Positions 10,661 through 21,074 of a stretch of 64,000 nt of DNA are shown here, in pieces. The notes beneath the pieces are model-generated. The model searched no databases. It was not told the origin of the DNA and saw nothing but the letters and a program-made list of their open reading frames with translations. Source of the DNA: Alphaproteobacteria bacterium (GTDB lineage Bacteria; Pseudomonadota; Alphaproteobacteria; GCA-2731375); NCBI GenBank assembly GCA_965225945.1, contig CBDDBZ010000039.1, forward strand, positions 32,001-96,000. Reading direction: 5' to 3'. Position 1 is the stretch's first letter, and every line of letters begins with the position of its first letter. The position numbers and the translations under genes are program-made.

Positions 10661-11128
10661 CTATTCGCCCTCGAACGCGGCGCGGGCCAGATCCGCCAGA
10701 GCCTCCGGGGGCACGTCGCGCAGCTTTCGGGCGAGCGACCAAGCGTGGCCGAAGGGATCGCGAAGGCGGGCATAACGATCACCCCAGAACATGTCCTCGG
10801 GCGCCATGGTGCCCTCGGCGCCCGCCTCCAGCGCGGCGGCGTAGACGGCATCCACGTCCACGTCGTTCAGATGGATGGTCACCGGGCTGGGCCGTGCGGG
10901 GTCGGGTCCCCGACCGCCGAAGGTCGGATTCTCGTCGGCCAGGTAGATCGCCTGGCCGGCGATGGAGAGCTCGGCGTGCATCACCAGATCGCTTCCCGGC
11001 ACGTCGATGGCGAAGAGGGTGACCGCGCCGAAGATCCGCTCATAGAAGGCCATGGCGGCCCGCGCGCCCTTGACCGTCAGGTGGGGAACGACGGCGGCGA
11101 GCGGGCCGGTATCGGGGCTATCGTTCAT
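10661..11128 (-). CDS. VOC/glyoxalase (PhnB-like) family protein; in frame with an upstream small basic ORF starting at 11338
   Basis: [46 protein letters not shown]; RBS gggaga before ATG 11128. Confidence 0.88.
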   Translation of the reverse strand: MNDSPDTGPLAAVVPHLTVKGARAAMAFYERIFGAVTLFAIDVPGSDLVMHAELSIAGQAIYLADENPTFGGRGPDPARPSPVTIHLNDVDVDAVYAAALEAGAEGTMAPEDMFWGDRYARLRDPFGHAWSLARKLRDVPPEALADLARAAFEGE

Positions 11129-11538
11129 GGGGGGGTCTCCCGAGCGCGAGGGGGAATCAGGCGAGACATTCGAGGGGAGGAACGTGGCGACATCGGGCTC
11201 GACCGGCACCGGCCCGTCGGCCCGGGCGCGGGACTGCGCCTTCCGCCGCGCGAGATTGGCGCGAAGTGCCACGGACTGCCTTCGCCGCCGCGCATTTGTG
11301 GCGCCCGCGCGTTCGTTTGGATCCTCGCCCCTCGTCATCGCCCGAGCATGTCCCGCCGGCCGCGCGCCGGCAAGCGGCTTCGCGCGATCAGTCGAAGTCG
11401 TGCCCAAGCGCTTCGCGGGCGGCGGCGGGCAAATGCGCCGATGGCGACATGGCTCGCACATGGAGACTAGCGCCCAGCCCGTCACCTGTCCTAAAAAGAG
11501 ACCGCGCGAGCGACAGCCATGGGGAGCTCGAGACGGCA

Positions 11539-12459
11539 ATGGCGAGCGAGAAGATGTTGGCGGGCAAGGTCGCGCTGGTGACCGGCTCCGGGCGGGGGAT
11601 CGGTCGGGACATCGCCCTAGCGATGGCCCGGCACGGCGCCCGGGTGGTGATCAACGACCTCGGCGGCACCGAAAAGGGCGAGGGCGAGGACCGCACGCCG
11701 GCCATGGAAACCGTCTCGGAGATCAAGGATCTCGGCTCCGACGCGGTCGCCAACACCGACAGCGTGACCGATTTCCAGGCCGCGGAGGGCATGGTCGGCC
11801 AAGCGGTCGACGCCTTCGGTCGGATCGACGTCGTGGTCAACAACGCCGGCATCCTGCGCGACGTCATTTTCCACCGGATGACCGAGGACGACTGGGACGC
11901 GGTCATCAACGTCCACCTCAAGGGCTCGTTCAACGTCTCCCGCGCCGCCGCCACCCGCTTCCGCGAGCAGGAGAGCGGCGCCTTCATCCACATGACCTCG
12001 ACCTCGGGCTTGATCGGCAATTTCGGCCAGGCCAACTACGCCGCGGCAAAGCTCGGCATCGCCGGCCTGTCGAAGTCGCTGGCGCTCGACATGCAGCGCT
12101 TCAACGTCCGCTCCAACTGCATCTCGCCCTTCGCCTGGAGCCGGTTGATCGGCACCATCGCGATCACCGACGAGGCCCAGGCGGCCCGCGTCGAGAAGAT
12201 CAAACAGATGACGCCGGCGAAGATCGCGCCCATCGCCGTCTTCCTGGCGAGCGAGGCGGCCCGGGACGTCAGCGGCCAGATCTTCGGCGTCCGCAACAAC
12301 GAGATCTTCCTGATGGGCCAGTCGCGCCCGCTCCGCTCGGTCCATCGCGGCGAGGGTTGGACGCCCGAGACCGTGGCCGAGCACGCGATGCCGTCGCTCG
12401 CCGCGAGCTTCTATCCGCTGGACCGCTCGCAGGACGTCTTCAGTTGGGATCCGATCTGA
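11539..12459 (+). CDS. SDR family oxidoreductase (3-hydroxyacyl-CoA dehydrogenase-like)
   Basis: TGSGRGIG, NNAGILRD, GQANYAAAK. Confidence 0.92.
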   Translation: MASEKMLAGKVALVTGSGRGIGRDIALAMARHGARVVINDLGGTEKGEGEDRTPAMETVSEIKDLGSDAVANTDSVTDFQAAEGMVGQAVDAFGRIDVVVNNAGILRDVIFHRMTEDDWDAVINVHLKGSFNVSRAAATRFREQESGAFIHMTSTSGLIGNFGQANYAAAKLGIAGLSKSLALDMQRFNVRSNCISPFAWSRLIGTIAITDEAQAARVEKIKQMTPAKIAPIAVFLASEAARDVSGQIFGVRNNEIFLMGQSRPLRSVHRGEGWTPETVAEHAMPSLAASFYPLDRSQDVFSWDPI

Positions 12460-12527
12460 GGCCGGGCTCGCCAGGCGGGCGCCGAATACCTGAAACGCAA
12501 AACTGACTTCAACCGGAGGAAAACCCC

Positions 12528-13289
12528 ATGCGACAGAACAACATCAAACGGATCTGGGCCGATGGCGGCCACGCGGTGAACGGCTGGCTCGGCATCGCCA
12601 ATTCCTTCAGCGCCGAAATGATGGCGCACGAGGACTTCGACAGCCTCACCGTCGACATGCAGCACGGCATGGTTGATTTCCAGGCCGCCGTCTCGATGCT
12701 GCAATCGATCTCGACCCGCGACGTGACGCCGCTCGCCCGCGTGCCGTGGAACGACCCGGCCGCGATCATGAAGATCCTGGACGCCGGGGCCTACGGCGTG
12801 GTCTGCCCGATGATCAACAATCGCGAGGAGTGCGAGCGCTTCGTCGGTGCCTGCCGCTACGTGCCGCGCGGCTATCGCAGCTTCGGGCCGGCGCGCGGCT
12901 TGCTCTATGGCGGTGGCGACTACGCCCAGGCGGCCAACGATACCATCATCAGCTTCGCCATGATCGAGACCGCCGAGGCGCTGGCCAAGCTGGACGAGAT
13001 CATGACCGTCGAGGAGTTGGATGCGATCTACATCGGTCCCGCCGACCTCGCCATCAGCCTCGGTCATCCGCCCGCCGGCGTGCCGGAGATCCCGGAAGTC
13101 CTCTCGGCGATCGACGACATCCTAGCCGCCGCCAAGCGCAACGACGTCGTCGCGGGCATCCATTGCGGCTCCGGCAAGATGGCCAACGAGATGTACAAAA
13201 AGGGCTTCCAGTTCTGCACGCTGATGAACGACGCGCGCCTGATGTCGTCCGGCGCCAAGACGGAGATCGCGGCGGCCCGCGCGGCCTGA
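12528..13289 (+). CDS. HpcH/HpaI aldolase family protein
   Basis: VDMQHG, LARVPWN, LDAGAYGV..PM, MIET, YIGPADL. Confidence 0.9.
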   Translation: MRQNNIKRIWADGGHAVNGWLGIANSFSAEMMAHEDFDSLTVDMQHGMVDFQAAVSMLQSISTRDVTPLARVPWNDPAAIMKILDAGAYGVVCPMINNREECERFVGACRYVPRGYRSFGPARGLLYGGGDYAQAANDTIISFAMIETAEALAKLDEIMTVEELDAIYIGPADLAISLGHPPAGVPEIPEVLSAIDDILAAAKRNDVVAGIHCGSGKMANEMYKKGFQFCTLMNDARLMSSGAKTEIAAARAA

Positions 13290-13327
13290 TCGCGATCGGC
13301 CCTGGCCATACAACCAATGGTGAGCCG

Positions 13328-14311
13328 ATGGAGAACCTGAAGCGGGTGCTGCTGCTCGGCCGAATCATGGCGGAGGGCCGCGCGCTGCTGGAGGCGCGGG
13401 ACGATATCGTTTACGAGATGCTCGTGGCACCCAGCCCGGAGGAGATCCTCGAACATGTGAGCGACGTCAATGCGATCGTCGTCCGTGGCGCGCGCATCGA
13501 TGCCGAGCTAATCGCCGCCGCGCCCCGGCTCGAGGTGGTGACCCGGCACGGCGTCGGCTACGACAGCGTCGACGTCGACCGATTGACGGCGCGCGGCATC
13601 CCGCTCGCCGTCACCGGCGCCGCCAACTCACTCTCGGTGGTGGAGCACACCTTTGCCCTGATGCTGGCGGTGGCCAAGAACCTGGCGCATCAGGACCGCG
13701 AGGTCCGGGCCGGCAACTACGACGTGCGCCACCAGGCCGGCGCGGTGGACATCGCCGGCAAGACGATCCTGGTGGTCGGCTTCGGGCGGATCGGCACCCG
13801 CATGGCCCAGCGCTGCCAGGCCTTCGACATGGTGGTGGTGGTCGCCGATCCCTTCGTGCCGCGCCGCGCGGTCGAGGACCAGGGCTATCGCTGGGTCGGC
13901 GACTTCCGCGAGGCGTTGGGGGAGGCGGACATCGTGACGCTCCACCTGCCGGGGAACCGGGACCGCTCGCTGGTCCTGGGCGCGGCCGAGATCGCGGCCA
14001 TGAAGCCGGGCGCGATCCTGGTCAACTGCGCCAGAGGCAGCCTGGTCGAGGAAGAGGCCCTGGCGGCGGCCTTGGCCGACGGGCGGCTGAAGGGGGCCGG
14101 CCTCGACGTCACCCGGGTCGAGCCGCCGGGCGACGATCATCCCTATCTGGGGCTGCCCAACGTGGTGCTGACGCCCCATACGGCCGCCGCGACACCGGAA
14201 TGCATGCAACGGATGTCGGTGACGGCGGTGCAAAACACCCTCGACGCGCTGGACGGCAAGCTCGACCCCACCATGTGCGTCAACGAGGAGGTGCTGGGCG
14301 AAGCGACATGA
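13328..14311 (+). CDS. D-2-hydroxyacid dehydrogenase (SerA-like)
   Basis: RHGVGYD, GFGRIG, NCARG, GLDV..EP, TPHTAA. Confidence 0.9.
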   Translation: MENLKRVLLLGRIMAEGRALLEARDDIVYEMLVAPSPEEILEHVSDVNAIVVRGARIDAELIAAAPRLEVVTRHGVGYDSVDVDRLTARGIPLAVTGAANSLSVVEHTFALMLAVAKNLAHQDREVRAGNYDVRHQAGAVDIAGKTILVVGFGRIGTRMAQRCQAFDMVVVVADPFVPRRAVEDQGYRWVGDFREALGEADIVTLHLPGNRDRSLVLGAAEIAAMKPGAILVNCARGSLVEEEALAAALADGRLKGAGLDVTRVEPPGDDHPYLGLPNVVLTPHTAAATPECMQRMSVTAVQNTLDALDGKLDPTMCVNEEVLGEAT

Positions 14312-14949
14312 CCGAGCTTCCTCGCCATGTCGGCCCCGACTTCGTCTGGGCGGAGTGGCGCTCGCCCGCGCGGCCGGCGCCGGCCCTCTTCCTCGACCGC
14401 GACGGGGTGATCGTCGAGGACACCGGTCACCTCCAGAGCGTCGACGAGATCCGGCTGATCCCCGGCGTCGAGCAGGTGATCGCCGAGGCCAACCGCAAGG
14501 GCATCCATGTCGTCGTCGTCACCAACCAGTCGGGCATCGGCCAGGGGCTCTTCCGCTGGCGCGATTTCGAGCTGGTGCAGAACCACATCCTGGAGCAATT
14601 GGCGGTGGCCGACGCCCATGTCGACGGCGTGCTGGCCTGTCCCTTCCACGCCCGAGGCGCGGGCCCCTACATCCATCGGGACCATCCGACCCGCAAGCCC
14701 AATCCCGGCATGCTGCTGAAGGCGGCATCGGCCCTCGGCATCGATCTCGCGGCCTCCTGGATCGTCGGCGACCGCGCCACCGACATGGCCGCCGGCCGCA
14801 ACGCCGGCATCGCCGGCGCGCTCCACGTCCTCACCGGTGCCGGCGCGGAGGAGCGGGACCTGGCGTTGGCGGAGGCGCGCGGCGACTTCGAGGTGCGGCC
14901 GGTCGACAGCGTGCTCGGTGCGCTGGAGGTGCTGGCGCGCGACTTCTGA
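14308..14949 (+). CDS. HAD IIIA phosphatase, GmhB-like
   Basis: FLDRDGVI, VTNQSGIG, CPFH, RKPNPGM, VGDRATD. Confidence 0.88.
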   Translation: MTELPRHVGPDFVWAEWRSPARPAPALFLDRDGVIVEDTGHLQSVDEIRLIPGVEQVIAEANRKGIHVVVVTNQSGIGQGLFRWRDFELVQNHILEQLAVADAHVDGVLACPFHARGAGPYIHRDHPTRKPNPGMLLKAASALGIDLAASWIVGDRATDMAAGRNAGIAGALHVLTGAGAEERDLALAEARGDFEVRPVDSVLGALEVLARDF

Positions 14950-14968
14950 CGACGGCGCTCGCCATGCG

Positions 14969-16639
14969 CTATTCGGCCGCCGCCGGGTGGGTCTTGCCGT
15001 CGGCGAGATCGCGGGCCAGCGCCGCCGGGTCGCGGGCCCCGGGATCGCCGTGGCCGCCACCGCCCGCGGTCTCGACCCTCAGCCGGTCGCCCCGGTTCAG
15101 CACCGTCTGGCACTTGGACGGCACCACTTCCTCGCGGCCGTCGGCGCGGATGACGACCGAGTAGGCGGACGCCCCGTCGCCGCCGCCGGCGAGGCCGGGG
15201 GCCTGGCTGAAATGCCGCTCGCCGCGATGCGAGAGGGTGATCCCGTCGGCCAGCATCTCGAATTCCCGGACCACCCCGAGACCGCCGCGGCGCGCCCCGA
15301 TGCCGCCCGAATCGACGCGCAGCGAATAGTTGAGCAGGCGGATCGGCGCCTCCATCTCCAGGGCTTCGGCCGGCAGGTTCATGCAGTTGGTGGCGTCGCT
15401 CTCGACCACGTCGACGCCGTCGCCCGTGGGCCCGGCGCCGGAGCCGCCGGCGATCAGGTCGCTGACGATATAGACGCCGCGGTCCGTGTCGGCGCCGCCG
15501 AAGGCGAGGACCAGCAGCGCGCCGGCGTTGGCCGCCGGCATCCGCTCGGGCGCGGCCTCGGCGAGCGCGCCGAGGATGGTGTTGGTGATGGTCTTGATCG
15601 TCGCGGACCGGGCGTTCACCGGCGCGGGCGGGCGCGGGTTGACCAGCGAGCCCTCGGGCAGGTGCAGCGAGACCGGGCGGAAGCAGCCGCCGTTGGTCGG
15701 AATCTCGGAGTCGGTGACGGCGCGGACCGCGTAATAGGCCGCCGCCGCGCTGCCCGACGGCACGCAGTTGATCGGCCCCTTGGCCTGCGAGCTGGTGCCG
15801 GTGAAGTCGAAATGGATCGCGCCGTCGCCGATCCTCGCCTCGACCTCGATGCGGAGCGGGCGGTCGAGCTCGACCCCGTCGTTGTCCATCCAGCCGACGC
15901 AGGCGTAGCGCCCCGGCGGCAAACGGGCGAGCGCCTCGCGGGTCATCGTCTCGGAGCGCCGAATCAGCTCGTCGAAGATGGCCGAGAGGTGGTTGTCACC
16001 ATGGCGTTCGGCGAGTTCGCCCAGGCGCCGCGCGCCGACGGTGCAGGCGGCGATCTGGGCGTTGAGGTCGCCCATGAAGACCTCCGGAATGCGGACGTTC
16101 AATCGCAGGATCCGAAGCAGCATCTCGTCGAACTCAGCACCCCGGCGCAGCCGCACCGGCGGGAGGCGGATGCCTTCCTGATAGATTTCGGTGGCGTTGG
16201 TCGGAACCGAGCCGGGCGCCATGCCGCCGACGTCCTGGTGGTGGGTCATCGTCGCGCTCAAGGCGATCGCCCGGCCGTCGCGCAACACCGGCATCACCAC
16301 GGTGAAGTCCGGCAGGTGGGTGCCGCCGCTATAGGGATCGTTCAGGATATAGACGTCGCCTTCGCCCATCGTCTCCACGGGAAATTCGGCAATGATGTGG
16401 CCGACCGCCGGGATCAGGGTGCCCAGATGGATCGGAATCGCGCAGGCCTGGGCCAGCGTGGTGCCGTCGGCGAGGAAGAGGCTGGCGGAGGCGTCCTGTC
16501 CCTCCTTGACGATCGGCGAGAAGGAACTGCGCAGCAGCGCGTCCTCCATCTCGTTGGCGATGCCGTCGACCTTGTGGCGGATCACCTCGACCGTGATCGG
16601 ATCGAGGGGCGCCTCGCCCGCGCCGCTTTCAGTCATCAT
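14969..16639 (-). CDS. hydantoinase B/oxoprolinase family protein
   Basis: RSSFSPIVKE, NDPYSGGTHLPD, HHQDVGG, DSGG.G..RGG, TAGGGGHGDP. Confidence 0.92.
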   Translation of the reverse strand: MMTESGAGEAPLDPITVEVIRHKVDGIANEMEDALLRSSFSPIVKEGQDASASLFLADGTTLAQACAIPIHLGTLIPAVGHIIAEFPVETMGEGDVYILNDPYSGGTHLPDFTVVMPVLRDGRAIALSATMTHHQDVGGMAPGSVPTNATEIYQEGIRLPPVRLRRGAEFDEMLLRILRLNVRIPEVFMGDLNAQIAACTVGARRLGELAERHGDNHLSAIFDELIRRSETMTREALARLPPGRYACVGWMDNDGVELDRPLRIEVEARIGDGAIHFDFTGTSSQAKGPINCVPSGSAAAAYYAVRAVTDSEIPTNGGCFRPVSLHLPEGSLVNPRPPAPVNARSATIKTITNTILGALAEAAPERMPAANAGALLVLAFGGADTDRGVYIVSDLIAGGSGAGPTGDGVDVVESDATNCMNLPAEALEMEAPIRLLNYSLRVDSGGIGARRGGLGVVREFEMLADGITLSHRGERHFSQAPGLAGGGDGASAYSVVIRADGREEVVPSKCQTVLNRGDRLRVETAGGGGHGDPGARDPAALARDLADGKTHPAAAE

Positions 16640-18701
16640 CGGACTCCTCCCGCTCCAATATCAGGTTGCCGTCGGCGTCCACGATGCCACGCCAGCCGGG
16701 CGAAACCAAGGCGGTCGTATCGGCCTGCTCGACGATCGCCGGGCCGAGAAGCGCCGCGCCCGGCGCCAGCGCCTCGCGGGAATGGATCGCCGCCTGGACC
16801 CGGCCCCAGGGCTCGGGCAACAGGATCTCCCGCGTGGTCTCGGGCCTCGCCGGGCGGGGCGCGGGGCGTTTCGCCCGCCTCGGCGTCTCCGCGCCGCCGG
16901 CGCCATGCACCGCGCGCAGGTTGACGATCCGGGCCGGCGTCCGGGCGGCATAGCCGTGGATCCGATCGTGAGCCACGAGGAAATCTCGGTAGAGATCGCC
17001 CAGCGGGTCCTCGGCCGCGAGGTCCACCCCCACCTCCAGGTGATAGCCCTGGCCGATATAGCAGACGTCGGCGAAGTGGCCGACGCGGATCGGCGCCTCG
17101 CCGAGTCCCTCACCCGCCATGAGCGCTCGGCAACGCCCATCGAGCGCGCCGTAGCCCCGGCGCAATTCCTCCAGCCCCAGCTCGCCGAGGGGGCGCGAGA
17201 AGGCGCTCGAGAGCTCCTGCTCCACCGGTGCCGCCAGGAGGCCGGCGGCCGACAGCACGCCCGGATGGCGCGGCACGACGATGCGACGAATCGCCAACTC
17301 CTCGGCCAGCGCGCAGGCGTGCAGCGGTCCGCCGCCGCCGAGCGCCACCAGCGCGAAGCCCCGGGGATCGTGACCGCGGCGGATCGAGACCAGGCGAATG
17401 CCCTCCGCCATCGCCGCGTTCAGCACCCGGTGAACGCCGAGCGCCGCCGCATCGCTGGAGATCCCCATCGGCGTCGCGATCCGCGCTTCGAGGCTCCGTT
17501 GCGCCAGATCGGGGTAAAGCCGCATCGCGCCGCCGGCGAAGCTCGCCGGGTTGAGATAGCCGAGCACGAGGGAGGCGTCGGTCACCGTCGCCTCCTCTCC
17601 GCCCTGGCCGTAGCAGGCGGGTCCCGGTTCCGCCCCGGCCGAGCGCGGCCCGACGTGTAGGCCGCCCGCCGCGTCGAGCCACGCGATGGAGCCGCCGCCG
17701 GCGCCGATCGCGTTGACGTCGATCATCGGCACGCGGATCGGAAAGCCGATGATCACCCCCTCGGCCCGGATCACCGGGCGGCCGGCTTCGACAAGCGCGA
17801 TATCGCAACTGGTGCCGCCGATGTCGACGGTGATGGCGTCCGGCGCGCCGGCCGTCTCGCCCGCCCGCTTGCCGCCCACGACGCCCGCCGCCGGGCCGGA
17901 GAGCAGCATGCGCACCGGGCGCTCGGCGGCGATCGCCGCCGAGGCGACCCCGCCCCGCGACATCATCACCTGCAAGGGCGCCGGGATCTCGGCCGCCGTC
18001 AGGCTTCGGGCCATGTCGCGGAGATAGTGGTCCAGCACCGGCTTGACGTAGCCGTCGAAGGCGGTGACCGCCGTCCGCTCGTATTCGCGATAGGCCGGGT
18101 CGACCTCCGAGGAGAGCGATATCGCCACGTCGGGATGGCGGGCGCGGACGATTTCGGCCGCGCGCCGTTCGTGGCCGTCGGCGGCGAAGGAGAAGAGGAA
18201 GACGATGGCGATCGCCTCGACGCCGTCGGCGACCAGGGCGTCGGCCGCCTCGGCCACGGCGGCCTCGTCCAGGGCCTCGATTTCGCTGCCGTCGGCGGCA
18301 ATGCGGCCGCCGATCTCCTTGCGCCGCGCGCGGGGCGCGAGGAATCCCGGCGTCTCGGGCGAGAGCGTCAGATCGTACATCCTTGTCCGCTTCTGGCGGC
18401 CGATCTCCAGCACGTCGCGAAAGCCGCGGGTGGTGAGCAGGCCGAGACGGGCGCCGCGCCGCTCCAGCACCGCGTTGGTGGCGATCGTGGTGCCGTGGAC
18501 GAAGCGGGCGACGTCGGCGGGCGCGACCTTCCACTCGGCGAGCGCGCGGCGGATTGCCTCGGCCACGCCGTCGGCGGGGTTGGCACGGGTGGTGGGCACT
18601 TTCATAACATCGACTTCCCCACCGCCCCGGCGGCAAACCAGGTCGGTGAAGGTGCCGCCGATGTCGACGGCCAGCTCGACGTTTCGCGACGTTTCCCTCA
18701 T
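16629..18701 (-). CDS. hydantoinase A/oxoprolinase family protein
   Basis: DIGGTFTD, HGTTIATNA, SGPAAG, DIGGTS, IGAGGGS, PGPACYG. Confidence 0.92.
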   Translation of the reverse strand: MRETSRNVELAVDIGGTFTDLVCRRGGGEVDVMKVPTTRANPADGVAEAIRRALAEWKVAPADVARFVHGTTIATNAVLERRGARLGLLTTRGFRDVLEIGRQKRTRMYDLTLSPETPGFLAPRARRKEIGGRIAADGSEIEALDEAAVAEAADALVADGVEAIAIVFLFSFAADGHERRAAEIVRARHPDVAISLSSEVDPAYREYERTAVTAFDGYVKPVLDHYLRDMARSLTAAEIPAPLQVMMSRGGVASAAIAAERPVRMLLSGPAAGVVGGKRAGETAGAPDAITVDIGGTSCDIALVEAGRPVIRAEGVIIGFPIRVPMIDVNAIGAGGGSIAWLDAAGGLHVGPRSAGAEPGPACYGQGGEEATVTDASLVLGYLNPASFAGGAMRLYPDLAQRSLEARIATPMGISSDAAALGVHRVLNAAMAEGIRLVSIRRGHDPRGFALVALGGGGPLHACALAEELAIRRIVVPRHPGVLSAAGLLAAPVEQELSSAFSRPLGELGLEELRRGYGALDGRCRALMAGEGLGEAPIRVGHFADVCYIGQGYHLEVGVDLAAEDPLGDLYRDFLVAHDRIHGYAARTPARIVNLRAVHGAGGAETPRRAKRPAPRPARPETTREILLPEPWGRVQAAIHSREALAPGAALLGPAIVEQADTTALVSPGWRGIVDADGNLILEREESDDD

Positions 18702-18710
18702 CGCCTCTCC

Positions 18711-19940
18711 CTAGCGCCAGAGCGCATCCCGCCAGCGGATCGCGATCCAGATACTACCGGCGATGCCGAGCGTGCAATAGACGCCGACGGCGAGCGCGAA
18801 GCCCAGCCAATCGATCAGGGCGGCGGAAGCCATCAGACCGATCGGCAGGCCGTAGACGGCGAGCATCCGCGCGCCCATCACCCTGGCCCGGAAGGCCGGC
18901 TGCGCCGTCGCCAACAGCGCCACCGACATGGCGACCAGGGCGAAGCTTTGCACCGCGCCGATGACGAACAGCAAGCCCAGCCCGGCGGCCATGGCGTCAA
19001 CCTGGCCGAAGACCAGCAATGCGACGTACCAGAGCAGGATGTTCACGACCGAGACCCGTAGCGGACGGCGGACGCGGGCCGAGATCGCCAGCGCGAGCGA
19101 GCCGGCGAGCGCGCCCGCCGCTTGCGCCGCCACCATGTGGCCGAGGCCGGTCGCGTCGACGCCGTAGACGTCGCGGGCGATAAAGGGCAGCAGGCCGTGG
19201 CTGATGGGGAAGGCCGTCAGGTTCACCAGAAAGGCGAGCCACATGAGCGCCAACAGCCGGGGCGTGTTCCAGACATAGGCCAGTCCTTCGGTAAGGTCGC
19301 GCCAGGGCGACGGCCTGGGTGCCGTCGATGGCTCGGCGCGGGGCGGCGGGAGCTTGGAGACGCCGAAGGTGAGCGCCAGGCCGAGGGCGTAGAAGGCGGC
19401 GACGAAAGCGTAGCTCGGACCCAGCCCGAAGCTGGCAAAAAGCCCGGCGCCGATAAGTGCGCCGGCGATGCGGGCGGAATCCGTCGTCGTCCGCGCCACG
19501 GCCATGGCGTTCATCAGCAGCATCGGCGGCATGGTGTCGCCGATCAGCGCGTTCCGCATCACCTGGTCCGCCGGCTTCAACAATCCCGCCATGAAGCCGA
19601 TGGCGAAGACCGATTGGACGCCCAGCAGGTCGAAGAGACCGAGCGTCATCAACCCTCCCGCCAGAACGAGGAACGCCGCGCGCAGCCCGCAGAGCATCAC
19701 GCGGCGGCCGATCCGATCGGCGATCACGCCGAACATCGGCGCCAACAGGGTGCCGAGGAACTGCAACGAGGCGAAGACGGTCAGCAGGAAGACCGAATCG
19801 GTCGCGACCAGCACATACCAGCCGAGGATCACGGTCTCCATCTCGAAGGCCCAGGCGGTCAGCAGGTCCGCCGGCCATTGGAAACGGAAGCTGCGCACCC
19901 CGAACGGGGCCGTCAGGGAGGCGCGCGCGGGCGTCGACAA
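18711..19940 (-). CDS. MFS transporter
   Basis: Multiple hydrophobic segments; motif A G.IADRIGRR; co-oriented upstream of the hydantoinase genes. Confidence 0.88.
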   Translation of the reverse strand: MSTPARASLTAPFGVRSFRFQWPADLLTAWAFEMETVILGWYVLVATDSVFLLTVFASLQFLGTLLAPMFGVIADRIGRRVMLCGLRAAFLVLAGGLMTLGLFDLLGVQSVFAIGFMAGLLKPADQVMRNALIGDTMPPMLLMNAMAVARTTTDSARIAGALIGAGLFASFGLGPSYAFVAAFYALGLALTFGVSKLPPPRAEPSTAPRPSPWRDLTEGLAYVWNTPRLLALMWLAFLVNLTAFPISHGLLPFIARDVYGVDATGLGHMVAAQAAGALAGSLALAISARVRRPLRVSVVNILLWYVALLVFGQVDAMAAGLGLLFVIGAVQSFALVAMSVALLATAQPAFRARVMGARMLAVYGLPIGLMASAALIDWLGFALAVGVYCTLGIAGSIWIAIRWRDALWR

Positions 19941-20210
19941 CTACGCAACCCTCGCTGTTGCCTTGTGGTAGGGACGCGGGTGGGTGGTGGCGAACGAAAG
20001 GGGACTTTAGCGGTCCTCGCCGCTCCGGCCCAGCCGCTCGGCGCGCCAGCGCCGTCGTTGCCGAGGCGATGATGGCGCTGTTCCGCGGCGAGCGCATCCA
20101 GGGCGCCGCCCGCTCCCCCGGCCTTCGCCCTTTCCGCGGCGCCGGCGGAGTTTGCTATAGTCCCGTTCTGGACCAGGCCCCCAGGGGCCGGAACGGTGGG
20201 AGGACCCGTC

Positions 20211-21074
20211 ATGGCGTTGTCGCTCCGCGCGCTTCACCCTTCGCTCGGCGTCGAGGTATCGGGAATCGATCTCGGCTTGCCGCTGGACGCTTCGACGCGG
20301 GCGGAAATCGTCGCCGCCTGGGAAACCCATGGCGTCCTGGTGTTCCGCGATGCCGACATCAGCGACGACGAGCATGTCGCCTTCAGCCACAATTTCGGCG
20401 AGCTGGAAGTGCTGCCCGAGCGCGACCACACCGAGGACGGGTTGCCGGAGATCTTCACCCTCTCCAACGTCGGCCCGGACGGTGAGATCCTGCCCGCGGC
20501 GAGCGAGCCGGTGACCTTCGCCTCCCTCACCTGGTTCTGGCATACCGACAGTTGCTACCGGGCGATCCCGAGCAAGGGCGCGATCCTGCACGGTCTCGAG
20601 GTGGTCGAGGGCGGTGGCGGCGAGACCCGCTTCGCCAACCTCAAGCAAGCGCTCGCCGAGATGGGGAGCGAGCTGCGGGCCCGCATCGAGGACCTGGAGG
20701 CGCGGCATAGTTTCGTCTGGATGCGCACCCACCGCGATCTGTCGCCGATGAAGCCGGAGGAAGCGGCGAGCGTGCGGCCGGTCCGCCACAAGCTGATCCG
20801 CAACCACCGCGACGGCAGCCAGTCGCTCTACATCAGCCCCGTCTACATGGAACGCATCATCGGCCGTGGGGAGAGCGAGAGCAGGGCTCTGGTCGAGGAG
20901 TTGACCGAATGGGCCACGCAAGACCGCTTCGTCTACCAGCATTCCTGGCGGCCGCACGACGTGGTGATGTGGAACAACACCTGGACCATGCATCTGGTCA
21001 TGCCTTACGACCAGGCGCGCCAGCGCCGCGTGATGCACCGCACCGCAATCGCCGGCGTCGAGGCGGTGTTGTGA
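20211..21074 (+). CDS. TauD/TfdA family Fe(II)/2-oxoglutarate dioxygenase
   Basis: WHTD, GETRFA, HSWRPHDVVMWNN..TMH, RVMHR. Confidence 0.9.
   Translation: MALSLRALHPSLGVEVSGIDLGLPLDASTRAEIVAAWETHGVLVFRDADISDDEHVAFSHNFGELEVLPERDHTEDGLPEIFTLSNVGPDGEILPAASEPVTFASLTWFWHTDSCYRAIPSKGAILHGLEVVEGGGGETRFANLKQALAEMGSELRARIEDLEARHSFVWMRTHRDLSPMKPEEAASVRPVRHKLIRNHRDGSQSLYISPVYMERIIGRGESESRALVEELTEWATQDRFVYQHSWRPHDVVMWNNTWTMHLVMPYDQARQRRVMHRTAIAGVEAVL

Noticed and set aside
14837-16924. Long antisense or alternate-frame ORFs (also 8629..10461, 43579..45294, 54642..56180 and many others)
   Set aside because: GC-rich shadow frames opposite well-supported genes, with no recognisable motifs.
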